A DNA stretch of 64,000 nucleotides, taken from Ascidiella aspersa. Its lineage: Eukaryota. Positions 27,301 to 51,800 of this stretch are shown one piece after another. Position numbers and translations under genes: made by a program. The notes under the pieces are model-generated. The model worked only from the letters and a program-made list of their open reading frames with translations. It made no database searches and was not told the DNA's origin. The stretch lies in contig OZ004607.1 of the NCBI GenBank assembly GCA_963924565.1, forward strand, positions 15,128,001 through 15,192,000. Direction: 5' to 3'. Numbering within the stretch: the stretch's first letter is position 1; every line of letters begins with the position of its first letter.

Positions 27301-29064
27301 GATAACGCTGTATAGGTTATTCGGGATATAATGTTGACATCCATTGTGGTGTGGTCAAATGAAAAACGCATAATTAAGTTAACAAAAGTATGCTTTAGCT
27401 ATCTATTGTTTGTGTCATTTTTTGTAGGCCTACCGGTTTCAAATATTGCTCAGCTGTTTTGCAAACTACAAGTATAACTCAACAATAAATTATAAGGAAC
27501 GGCACACGATAAACAAACAATGGTGTTATACGCAGGAAAACGTGTATTGTCCCGTGGTCCAGGGCTCTAGACCGCGTCTAGCAAATATGACCAAACAGAT
27601 ATTTTGAATATCACACCCAAAGGCCACTTCCCACGTTTTCAGGCTGCAGTCAAATGACGGGCATTGTTTCGGGCCGATCGGGTGAAACTTGAAATCGCCA
27701 GGCTAAGGTCATTAAACATCGATTAAAATATGTTTCATTGCATTGACCATTGCACTGTTCTCCGTCCGACCCGGCGCCGGGACCTTAATTGCTGGCTACA
27801 TTGTAATAAAGCGGGCGCGAACAATGCTGCACCTCCAGACGTCCCGCGCTATCGCTCCAGCTATACAGACGGCGGCAAGCAAGCGCACTGCCCTTGCTTG
27901 CGTTGCCTATATGGCCTTGCTGTTGTAGCGTGGGAATATCAAGATCTCCAATATTACAACGCCACTAGATCTTGATGACCAACTGTTGGCATTACGCGAA
28001 GAGTTAAGACTACGAGTCAAAACCGTTAACCTTTATGAATCTTTTTTTTAATTAGTTTTTATTCTCCGAAGTATTTAGCGATTGGCGCACCACCAAGAAA
28101 ATGTTTCAAATTAAGATTTTTTGTTCTTGATGATTTTTTTACACATGTTTAGGATTTGAGTTGTTTCGTGAAATTCATATATTTGCCATATTTGCCGAAA
28201 AATACTTTTTTATTAATAACCTATATTAGCTAACCGAAACCCCGCAGGTTCAATCGTTACGTTGCTTTCCATGCCCGAAACCTCATTTTTAAATAAATAA
28301 TAAAAACGTACCAACACCTGTACAGCGTTGTATGGGTAGGTAAAGTAAACAGGTGTCGCGTACAGATAGATAAAAATCGGTGTCGTGTATTTTCGGTTAT
28401 TCCAAAATCCCGCGAAACTCTCGCTTCCATTTAAATAGTGTATGGAATAATTTTTTGTTAGCGACCTGCGAATAAATGGCTAAATATTAGCTGCCAACTC
28501 GTTAAATTTCAAATTCACTATAGTACACTTAGTCAAGAACGATGAATTTTTAGCAGGTGTCAAGATTAAAGTTTCCCCATACAGAACCACGGCCAGCTTC
28601 GAGCGTCCGTCTTGTCACCTGTGTTTACATGTTTTGTCAACCAACACGCCTTTGACTAAACAAGGGCTGGACTGTCCACCCGATGAGTAATGGGATTTGC
28701 GCGCGCTTGCGTTTTTGCTAGTCGTGATTTTGCGGGCGGCAACGTCGAAGGGTGGGCGGCACGACTGTTGTGTCGGACGCGCTGGATTTGTTTATTAACA
28801 GCCAGACCGGAACTGATTTTTCGAACCACTTTTAACAGTCTTTGTCGAAACAAAAACATTTGGTGTGTATGCAATACACACAAGAGACAGATTGGTGAGT
28901 TTTGCAGTCGTGGATTTAACACAATTATTTCAAACACCTTAGTAACAGCATCTTATCGTGTTCTAATGTTTTTTTTAGCTTTCGAACTGTAACACAGAAA
29001 ACAATAACAGTGTTTTATTGCTGACACTGTATGTTAAGCGTCAAGTCGAAAAAGAGTTCCGTAG

Positions 29065-40123
<11,059 letters not shown>

Positions 40124-41100
40124 AACAACATTCATCCCTGACGAAATCAAAATATTCTTACGTATTTCATTGATGGCTCATTTTCGAAGAAAAAACGAAT
40201 CAGTCTTAGCTGAATGGATCCCCGCAAGAAGAGATGGACTATATGCCGCGATCAATCTGTTGCGAATGATTTTGTTCGCCGTACTACCACTACGAACTTT
40301 TGCCACTGCCGCTGAACGATCTAATACCTTTTTCACAAAAAATATCGTGTGTTGTGCGTTTTTCCTCTCAGAATACTGCCAAACCAGCCAGTGTCGTCGA
40401 TTTTTGCCATTGTTTTTAATGTGAAACTGCTGTTGAACGTCGGTGAGCGCTTTTGCAAATTTTGCAACTTATTTATTTGTGACACCTTCCTAACGATTCC
40501 CTCTGTCAGTTTTTCGTTGTCGTCGTGTCGTTTGTATAGTAGTCATTGAAACTGCATTGCCAAGTAATAGATCACTATGATGTTAAGACCATGCGTGTGG
40601 TATGAGTATATATTCAACATTTCCCAGTTGTTCAGAAAAAATTGACATATCCATACAGTTGAAAATATTTTTGTAAAATCACTAGATTATGATTATAAAT
40701 GAAGTTTATCCTCTGTAGAAAATCTAATGTTGGATTTTTTATTTCCAATATAACAAATGTACAAAGCGATTCACGTTTATGTACAACACGGTTCGTGTGA
40801 GAAGCAGACTATAAGCGATAATCAGTAGCTACATGATACAAAAACAATTGCAAAAAATGGCAACGTCATGTAAAATATTTTTTATAAGCTCTACACATTG
40901 ACTTTTGGTTTAGTACTCAAACTGTAACAGAAAGTAAGATGCAACTTTTAAAACCATTAAATATCAAGCTTAAACCGTTTTAAAACGAATTTTTAGTAGT
41001 TTATTGCAAAATATTAGGCAGCAATATCAGTCGCTTTTTGTTGGTGCCGCAGTTATATGGACAGATCTGTTAGTTGGAAACGAAAACAACGTGTTTTGCT

Positions 41101-44100
41101 TCAAAGTTTGGTACGAGCAGCCCTTGGGACCGGTTGCTGCTTCACGTCACACGCTTGGTTCACGTGACCCGACGTGCCTAGACTCTGAACAGACCTGCCG
41201 TTGACGTCGTGGGGAGGACTTGGGAAACCAGATGATACAACAGTTGACTGAAGAGCGTCGTTCTTAATGGGCGTTGATTGCCTGCCGTGCTGTCCGTTGG
41301 TGGCTCTCATCTCTTGCTGATGTTCATGTAGTTGATTCTGACCTTCATTGTTAATTTCACTAATGTTGACAAATTGATCGCGCATCTGCAATCTGGATCT
41401 GTAATATATTGTTGTTAGCTCCCGTGTTGCAAAGAACTATTGAAAAACACCAAACTGTTTATACAATGTACAAATCGCTTTGTAAAAAAATCTAAATGAA
41501 TAAGTTGTATAGTTTAGGTAGTTTAGTTTTGTCTGAGTGATTGTGCGTTTTTTTTCTCCAAAATAGTATTTGTTACCAAAATGGTGGATGTTGGGATTTA
41601 ATAATTTAGAATGCCGAATAGACGCTGATCACCTACGACACCATACGGTAAGAACAGCCAGGGTCGTCAATAAAACAAATCCGATCGCAGCTCCCAGAAC
41701 CGCGTAGACTATGACAAGATCACGGGAATTGGACGTATTTACGTCCTTGTCGCCTTCCCCGTGGTATTCGTCAGGCATGCTTCGAGTTTTCATCTACGTT
41801 GACATAATTTTATTTATATGTGTAATCATAAATTGGAGTAACTGCTGTAAATGGAACTGCAAAACATACGGAGACAAAAAAATACACGATAGATATTTAG
41901 TGTAGGCCTACCTTAAAACAAGATTCTTTATATTGGTTTTCAGTGGTTATGTTGTCTTGAATTTGGACTGTAACAATTTCCGCGCAGACAAAATAATCGG
42001 TACTCGGCGATAAACCTGTCAGATGAGCTTCTCTGCAAACATTGGTCATAATTAAGTACACAATTAGAATGTTTACGATTTAACAAAAATGCTTTTTTGT
42101 TTATTTAAACGAAAATATATCGATAAGCACTAGAATACTTGACGGTTATAAGTTATAACAGAGTTGTGGCTACCTTGCCATTTTATTTCGTTTCACTTTT
42201 TTTGAATGGCCGCCGTTTATCGGAACGTAGGTTATCTGATGAAAGGAGTCTTCAAGGTCAGATGCGAAAGCTCCGATAAACGGAAGTGAAATGAAAGCAC
42301 TTGTCGCCGTTACCTTGTCAAGTTTGCTGTCAACACATTGCCTGGGAATGAAAGGAAAACTATGTTAAATCCTAACATATTTAAAAACAAAAATAGAACA
42401 GCGTGCTGTATAGTCATAATCTCTCAACTTTAGTTTGGTTATTTCGAATAATTAGGAACAAAGAAATGGATAAAATGGGTGTTGAGACAAGAGTTTTTTT
42501 GCTACAGCGACAAAAAATATAAAGTTCGCCGAAATTGGAAAAATTTAAATTAAAGTATAATTATGACTTGTCAAAAGTTAATGCGGGTACGTTTCAGGAT
42601 ATTTCAAGTTGAATAAAAAAATGTATTTTAATATTAGACAATTTATTTTGTTGTTATATTTGGGAACAATAGTTTAAATTGAATTTATTGAAATATCATT
42701 CTTTAATTTTACTATTTATATGCTACTGGTGATTATTTTAGGGCAGCGTTTTCACAACTTTTTCGCGGTGACCCATACGCTAAGCATGAAAGTAATAGAA
42801 AACTTTTGCAATCTTAAAGGGCGCAAAACACAAATAGATTACATAGGTTTAAATTTAATTAAAAATATGCAGGTCTTGGTATTACTTTCTTAACTTTTCT
42901 AAAATCAAATTGCGCCATGGCTACTTAAGAAAGACATCATGATTTAAATCAAAAATAGCATTAAGAGTTAAATATTTCACGTGAACTTGTTATTTCCTTA
43001 ATTGAAAGCTCAATTAATTAACCCGATTATATCGTCATTGGTATGCTCACCTGAAATCACCCAAGCGTAAAAAGTCGAATCGCTTTCCAGCGAGTCTGGG
43101 AGGAGAAGCGCATCGAAGCATATCGAAATCTTCAGTTGTGATCATCGCCCTACCTCCGTTTATTCCCAAACTGTACCACTGTAAATGACAATCGCAGCGC
43201 CAAGGATTTCCGGCGAGATAAAGAGTCCTGTGGATGGTATGCAAGCAAGTTTGATATTGAAGACCGACCTGGTCACCATTTAGCACGATTAAAATATATA
43301 GTCAACTGAGTGAAAATGTAAACGCGGCATGTCAGTTACAAGATTAGGAAGGACTTCAGACAATTTACAGAAAGATCTTAAACCGCAAAATTTACAGATA
43401 TGGGAAAATAAAATTTTGATTATTTGCGCATAGTTGTGGCCTATTTTGCTGCAGTTTTATTTTTCTATCAGCAAGGTAATATACGTAGAAACTATATGTA
43501 AATGTGGAATCTTTGTCTGATTTTTGCTAGGAAGAAATTTACTGTGTTTCAGTTTGTAGGAAAATAATTTGAAAAAAAACTTTGAGAACCATCAATTTAG
43601 AGAATACTTGAGTCATCAAGTGTTTTGCGCAGTTATAAAAAAACGACTTTTGATCTGTTAAATTAACTTGAAAGTATGAGGATCATATATTTCTTTAAGC
43701 GATTTTACCTTAGTGCTGGCAGAGCTGGAAAAAACTTGGTCACACTAAGTGTTTGTAACTTCATATTGTTCAATCGAATCTCCCGTAGATTGTTCAGACC
43801 GGCAAACGACTTGATACACGTTTCACGAATAGGATTTTCTGTAAGCTTTACAACACGAAGAGCAGGCATTTCTCGAACCTAAAAATAAAATTTGGTAATA
43901 TTTCATGATGGCCTTAAATTTTAATTAAAACAATACTTATACGATTTTAATAGTTAAGAGTTGCAGTTTACCCTGGCTAGTACTGATACAAGGCTACAAA
44001 CTGTTTTTTTTTTCAACTTGGACGCCTAACAGAATTCAAATATTTTTTAAAGACGATAAACTTCATCGTACATTTTTTTCTAACAGAAATGTCCCCTCGC

Positions 44101-47100
44101 GTGTAACAACTCCACCATATTGTCGTAATATGCCAGCTATATAACTAATTGTAAAGAAATCAAGTATTTAAAACATACCACTAGCGGGACAGATGTGAGG
44201 TTGTTTTGAGATGCCAAGTTGAGCACTCGTATGTGGTTTATGTTGCCAAATACGTTTCGTGGTAGTTCTGTCAGACCCACACTCTTAAGTAGCAACACCT
44301 CCAGCGAGTTTGGTCCAGTAAGAGCAGCCTTGTGCAGGTTTCCAATAGGATTTTTGCAAAGTCCCAAAATTCGTAGCCTTGTATTATGTGTAATGTTTGG
44401 AGCGACCTGTCGTAAAGGACAAATGTAGTGTTCGGATTTTGATTCGAACTACACAAATTTTTACTCTGTTGTAAAGTGATGCGCATAACACGTAAAATAG
44501 AATACACATCTGATTAAATACTTTACTTTCAAATCGTTGTACAAGAGCCACAATTCTTCGAGCTTTGTAAGCTTAATAAACGCCTGGTTTGAGATAGAAC
44601 CTAAACCGTTGTTCTTTAAAGATAGCATCATAAGGTTTTGGTTTTCGGCAAAAACATCATCTTCGATTGCATTAATTTGATTTCCATCAGCAGTAAAAGT
44701 CCGCAGGTCCTTCAACCTAAACAAGGTGGTTTACGTTAAATGTATAGTGCAAAGCTATCTTTTGCAGATGTATAGTTATTATCACCCAGCAAAATAGTAC
44801 TTAAGTTAAACTATGGGTATATTATTGGAGTATTATTTGCAATAGATATAGTTTAATAATACAATATCTCTTCTCACAACCATAATGCAATATAAAGTGT
44901 ACTATCTTACCCAGACATTGCATCAGAGTTCACCTCACGCAGTTGGTTGTGACAGAGATGCAAGTTTTTTAAGTTTGTTAAGTTTGAAAACATGGCAGGT
45001 AACATCTCCGTCAAGTTATTACCGCGCAAATTAAGCGTGCTAAGGTTTGTCAAACCTTTAAGGAATCATAAAACAAGAAGTTGCTTCAGAAATTACGTAC
45101 AATAAAAACTGCAATAGAAACAACTAACCAGTGAAACCGTTTTGTATGGAAGCTAAGTTCGGGTTGTGTGAGATATTCAGTGATTCCAGGTAACCCAAAT
45201 TTGAATTAAGCTGTAAATCTGTAAGATTATTGTAAGATAGATCTAATAGTTCCATGGTAGACTGCTGTTCGACACTAAATTCTTCCAAAGAATTGTTAGA
45301 GAGACGTAACTCTTTCAGATTTTTTAAACCACTAAAGAGGCAAAACATGGTTTATTGAATTTAGTACGATAAAAAAAAATACGTTTTAAAAAATGATTTT
45401 ACCTTAAAGTTGCAACTGGAAATAGTTTCAATTTGTTGTTGTTAAGATTGAGCTTTTCCAGTTTATCGTGATTGCCTAAAGTAGGAACTTCGACTATCCT
45501 ACAGAAAAATAATTATTAGCAACGTTGCACAAAATGATAAAACACTTTAACCTACTCATTGCTACATAAATTGAGACACTTCAAATTCGACAGAGGTCTG
45601 AATGCCGTCTGAATGTTGCCTGTTATGCGAGACTTGCGTAAATTAAGTAGTTCCAACTTAGGAACATTGTTGAATCCTTCTGCAAAATTATAACATAACG
45701 TTGTAATGCGTTTCTCAGATCTGCTAAAATTCTGTCACTAAATTGTTAACAAATCCAATCGAATTTGGTTTGATGTAAAACTGGTTTGGTATTTTAACTC
45801 TGCATGATTAATGAATTAACCCGAAAATTACGTTGTAAAACAGTAAATATCAAAACATTGAACAATATAAGAAGATGTGATGTAAAGTTGTTTATGCAGA
45901 CGAAATAAGATTGTATGCCATTGCGCATTATCTTTGATATGGCGTCAACAACTGAAAATTACACTTTTGTTTTTTCAATATAAATCAATTTTATTTCGCC
46001 AGGTTTTCAAATGTAGGTGTAATCTACCTGGAAGCACATCAATGTCTCCTTCGCTTAAATCAAGCTCAACAAGTTCGGGGAAGTTGATGTTGGATATAGT
46101 TTGTCGACTGATTTTGTTCTGGCCCAACCAAAGGCGCTGCAGACTTGGCAACACAAATACTCCAGTGGGGAAACTGGTCATCCCCACGTCAGTCATTGAA
46201 AGATTTTGAAGTGAGACCAACGGTTGAAAATCACTTACGCTGAATACCTAAGGCAGCAAGAGCTACGTTGAGTGATTGTTAACCTACTGTATAATATTGC
46301 GGAAACAACAGTTAACTTTTTTTTAACAAAATTATTACTTGTCACTTTTAACAAGTGGGTATATTTAAGGATACCAGAAAATATGATTTGATTACCTTAA
46401 TCGGGTTAAAGCAAATACTCAAACTTAGCAATTCGGTCATTTCCTTGACAACCGTCGGAACAAGCTTTATATTGTTACCAACCAAATTCAGTTTCGTATA
46501 TGACGTAACGTTTTTAGGAAAGACGTTCCTGGGTAAATCCGTTAACTGGTTTCTTTTCACATTTAGATCCGAAAGCAGAGCATTTCCTGCATAAAAATTG
46601 AATTACAAATTCCATAAAACTATTAACAACGAATTCGGAACTTGTTTGTCCTTTTGTTGTCCCCAGGGCGGAGATCAAATTCAATGAGCAGCACTTGAAG
46701 TTTTTTTTGATTTTTAATTGAGGTTATTAATTCTTTAAAAGGCAGGGCAAGCTTATAAACCTAAGCGGTCTAAGCTTGTTCAATTTGTTCTAGGGAAACA
46801 ACTAAGTAGGCTGTAATTGATCAACAAAATTTGGAGGGTCGTACACAAACATGTTAGTTCTTTATAAGTTATAAGCATACCTTCTTAATTACCAACATGC
46901 GTTTTTGTGCGGGTGTATGTGATGACATGTAGGCTAAGTGCACTTTTACATAGAGATCAGTTAGACCGCAATTCTTTTTCAAGATGATATTGTTTTCCCG
47001 ACAATTTTTACGAATTTTTTACTTATAATGTATTACAGCCTACAACACCAAACGCTGTCCATTTTGGAAATCACAATACTATCCAAAACTATCCATACAT

Positions 47101-48182
47101 CGTATATTTTGTGCTGTATACTAAGCCTATGCTAAGGTATTTTTAGTAATTCGGGTATAGTCTAAAAAGGAAATGTAGAATTTATGCAAAACTTTGAGGA
47201 TGTATAGTTGACAGTTTGTTAAACTAGCCGAAATATACATACAACTCCAGCGACCATTTTTGCAAATGGCCCAAAACCAATCATTGCACATAAAAGGACA
47301 CGAAATATAGTTTTAATAGGTAAGATTGCAAATTACCTGAAAGAGCATTGGCCGGAATACTCTTTATCTTGTTTGAAGTTACGCATAACGAGTTAAGTTG
47401 TGCATTTTCGGTCAGATTCGGAAAATCCGACAGCTTATTGTTGTAGAGAACAAGTTCTTTGAGATTTTTAGCGTCAGAAAACACTTCGTTTTCAATGAAG
47501 TGGATGTTATTGTTTGCCAAAGAGATCTTTTGCAGCTTTTCGCAGCCCTAATACAGCGCAGTAAAGTTGTTAAACAAATATTGTTATGTTCACATTACAG
47601 GTTTTTAACTCTTCAGTTGTGATGAATAACAAACAAACCTGAAAAGCTCCATTTTCCAAGAAGTATATTTTATTTCCGTCTAGTACTAGTTCTTCTAGTT
47701 TTGCCAAAGACTTTAAAAATCCAGGTTTAACGTTTAGAATGTTGTTACCTATAACACATAAATATTACTTTGGCTAACAGAACAAACCTACCTTTCAGTT
47801 ATGTATTTCGAAACAAATCATTATTTTGGTTACTTTAAATATAAGATTGATACATTTATTCAAGAAAAGACATTTGTGTTTTTGTTTTCTATGTTTTAAT
47901 GGGTTTTAAAATTAAGTGGTAATTAACCACTATTAACAAATTGTAGTGTACCTACTTTAGCTATGCGTCGTTAGCAAACTTGTGTCAACTAATTATACCT
48001 GATAGATCAAGTTTAGTCATATTTTCCGGAAAACGTAGTTGTGGAATGTTTCGCGCATGTGGAACTCGACATGTGACCTCAGTGTGGTCAGCATTGCATT
48101 TGCATCCATTCGGACACCCTCGAATCTCAGTGCTTGCCAGTATAACTAAAAAAACGAAGCTGAACACAAACTTCGGCAACAT
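41101..48182 (-). CDS. Type I membrane protein: signal peptide, LRRNT, ~25+ LRRs, LRRCT, FN3-like domain, TM helix, ~100-aa cytoplasmic tail (about 17 exons, ~1000 aa)
   Basis: MLPKFVFSFVFLVILAS + CPNGCKC (exon 48182-47999); successive LxxLxLxxN exons from 47748 to 43709; GNPWRCDC..CASP (43227-43051); LTGLSPSTDYFVC (42032-41912); TM LVIVYAVLGAAIGFVLLTTLAVLTVW (41793-41633). Last exon 41398-41101 ends TKL-stop. No TIR domain. Confidence 0.88.
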
Positions 48183-48897
48183 TCCTGTATATGCTCTCTA
48201 TGAAACACAGATGTTTTTCTAATTACCAAAATATAGTTTTATTGTACAAAAATTGCCCTTTCACGACCTAAACTCTTATAGGTTTTTGCATCTATTCTTG
48301 ACAACCAAAACACCGCGCCTTTTGTCACAATAACAAGTAATAATGTAAATAGCGTTTCGGCCATATAGTGACGACTGTGACTGGGCCGTGAGCGTTGCTA
48401 GCTTAGTCCGCGCCCCGAGAGGACACTTGGAGCAGACCCTTAACATCTGGAGGGCCCCACACCGCCCAGTACATAATGGCTGAGGTAATGACGCTAGAAA
48501 ACTGATATTGAAAAGCTCTTTTCCGAATCGGTCGCCATTTGAGTGTCGTCGTGTTATAGGAAGGCGCGCAGGCGTGGTCGAACGCTTGTCGCCTTTGTTT
48601 GTCGGATGTTTGGCTAAACAGCTGAGCACTCACTCGGTCAAGGGGCTTTAGACCACGGGCACGCACAAAATAATATGAAAAACTACCACGAGCGTGGTTG
48701 GCCAGATCGTATCTGCAACCCAAAAATATCAATGTACAAAATTTATTTTGTAAAATACAAAAAGGTACAAAAAAACTCACAGTTAAAATGATATAAAAAT
48801 ATATATGATGGAAAATATACATACAAAAATGTTTTGAACGATATAAACACATCTCGAAATACAAAGTACAGAAATATTGAAATAAAGGCCGGTTTAA

Positions 48898-51800
48898 CTA
48901 GTTCTTCCTTCCTTCCATGTCATAGGCTGTTCCACCGGAAGTGGATCCGAATGCCTTTGTGCGACTAGTAGTGGATGCTTTTCTTTTTCCACCGCTACCG
49001 CCAGGTGGCACTCGTGCAGCAGGACTAGGTGTGTTTTGCTTGCTTCTTGGTCGTGACTGGCGCTTTGAACCTTGCCGAACATTGGTGAAGTTTAGTTTAT
49101 TTGTAAATCGTAACGTATTTTAAAGTACAAGTTATAGTTTGCCGGATTAACAAGCGAGGCAACACCTAACAACTTTTCGTTGTTAATCGCTTCGATAGGT
49201 CTACATCAGAGCAACTAAAAATAGTTAAGACACATAACTATAAATTATACGAAAGTTTTGTTCAGGTCCTAAAATATTTTAAATACAACATGTTTTTGTT
49301 TTGTTTTACATTTTGTGCGGGAAAACGTGTTTTCATATTTCTGTGATTTGTTTTTTAATAAACGGGATAACTGCTGTGATTTAAGCTCAATAATTCAAAT
49401 TTCTGGATGAAGGCTGTGGTCGGCGGCCGGAGCAATCAAGTATAGCCTTGTTATACAAAGTAGAAAACATTATAAAAAAATGAAAATGAAAAACCCTAAG
49501 CACGTTATAAATACGTATAGACGTCATGTTCATAACTATAGATTGCAGTCTAGAGCTTGATTACAACCTGTGTTGGGTTGTTCAGCGACTCTCTTCGTTT
49601 CCTCTGACTCATCGTCGGAGCGGTCAGTTCTAACAGCATCCAGCTCCGGATCTGTTTCTTCTCCAAAAGATTCTTCCCCGTCATCCGAGCGCCCATCCTG
49701 TCCTTCAACTTCCAGCCGATCCTTGTTGTACCAGGCTGGTTGTGGTGATGGCGCGGACGACAGACGCTGCCTCTCTTCATCCCCTTCATCAGAGACTTCC
49801 CCGATCACCTCCTCCACATCCAAAGGATCGTCGGAAGTTTCGCGAGTGTCCGGACGAGATCTGGCTGAACCGGGCACGTTTCGCTGAACATTGAATTAAA
49901 TGCTGGTTAAAAACGCTCTAAGCGTAAATTGATATAGAATCTTTGTCAACTTAATTTTACAAGCTTTTTTGTCCTTGTTTATTTTTATAAAACCATGCAA
50001 AGTGATGCAGTCTACGACTGACCTAAAGAAAATCGTTTGCACACCTAATTGCGAATGGAAACTTGTATTTATCGTGGTTTTGATGAGGTTGGTGCGTATA
50101 TGATAAACACACCGAGATTAAAATGCCGATTTTAAATTTAAAACGCATATTATTCTGCATTAGAATCCTTGTGTGGTGCTCTAAGACAAACAAACTAAGC
50201 GATTTGGAAATTTGATCCTGAAATACTTTAATTCACCTTGCAACAATTTTAAAACTAAAACAAAAATAGTATAAATCATACTTACATCGAGGTTATCACT
50301 TTCAATTCGAGATTGCCGATTTCCAGCGCTCGCTTCGACGACGTCGTTTGGACCTGGGGTTTGTGGGGGACTTTTCGGTTTGACGCTGTGGATAGATGCG
50401 GGGGTGAGCGGGGGCGACGTCGCGCGGGGTTTGGGTCTTAGAGTTCTCTGCTTCCTGCGGTCGAGCAACCTCAACCAACGCATCTTGATATCGTACCACC
50501 TGGGCAAATGACGTACAATTCCCGATAAAATTAAGGCATACTTGGGTTTATTTTAAACTCTTGAGAAAAACAAACAAAAGAGAATGTAAAACGTTCAAGG
50601 TTTCAGTTTGAGGTTTTTTTTTCTATACAACATGCACTATTAGTTTTTTTTTAAACTTTTTGTTAAAAAGACCTTTCTTTTTATATTTTTTTTATGAAAA
50701 TACTTTTACTTTTTTTGTATCCTTTAATAAAAAGACTTTTGCTTTTTTGTATCTTTTTAATAAAAAGACTTTCCTTTTATTATACAATACTGACCAAATT
50801 AGGTTTTTTAAACGTATTTGAAAACAGAAACCAAATGTCCAAACAGTAAACAAATGTGTCGCAACTCGTAATGGAAGCGATTTAAACGTTCTATTACCTG
50901 GCGCATTGGTAAATTCCCCATTCGTTCAGGATAGAGGTGGGATCTTTGATGAACTGGTGACTTTGGTTGCTCTGTTGCCATAGCAATGGCTGTACGTCAA
51001 CTTTGAGACGCGCCAGGTCACGCTTGATAGAACTGGTCTCCTCCAGACGCATCTTGGTCTCAGAGTTGAGCCGGATGTTAAGTCCTGATCGCGCGTCGTT
51101 GAGAAAGCGCTCAACCTTAACATATTTGAGTAATAATAGTCTTATAATAAAACTTTCATTCTTCTCTTGTCCGCTCTAAATATTTATACGGTAAAATATA
51201 GGCTTGGTGCCCTCAGTAGAATTTGTTTGTGAATGAACATCTTAATGTGTTGATTTTTTTCAAACATAGAAAAAGTCTAAAAAAAGAAAATGTATTGCTT
51301 TGATTGTACGTTCGATTTTAGGGGTTCTTGACAGATTTTTTTAGTTTTTATTTATCATTGGCTACGAAATAAAAGAATGGCCACATTTGCTCGTAGCCGA
51401 ATAAGACATAGAACTGATAAGAAATGAAAGCTGGTATATTAAGCTAAAAAAAATCGTTTACCACAAATATATTTTATATGTCATTACCTGAGCTATTTTC
51501 CCCTGCGCTTCAATTAAGTCCCGATGTACTTTTTCGTGCCGGTTTCTTTCCTCGATTGCTGCCGTGTCATGCTCGTCGATTCGCTGAGTCACCTGCTGCA
51601 ACTGCTTCTTGGTGACGTCGTGCTCTTTCATGCGCAACTCGTTCTGCATGACTGACTTCGTCTCGGAATCACTCTTGAGAAGATCAAGACGTTCCTGGGT
51701 CTCCCTCAAATCTTGTGGAAGCTCTAATTTCAAAGTTTATTTCAATTTTTTAGCAATGTTGGGGCATTGTTAACCATCTATTTGTGGTAAACTACAAAAT

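Noticed and set aside
41101-48182. Toll-like receptor call for the LRR gene
   Set aside because: The cytoplasmic tail is low-complexity with no TIR boxes, and an FN3-like domain precedes the TM helix.
50974-50987. Near-perfect RFX X-box GTTGCCATAGCAAT
   Set aside because: It lies inside a coding exon (LLWQQ) far from any TSS; likely coincidental.
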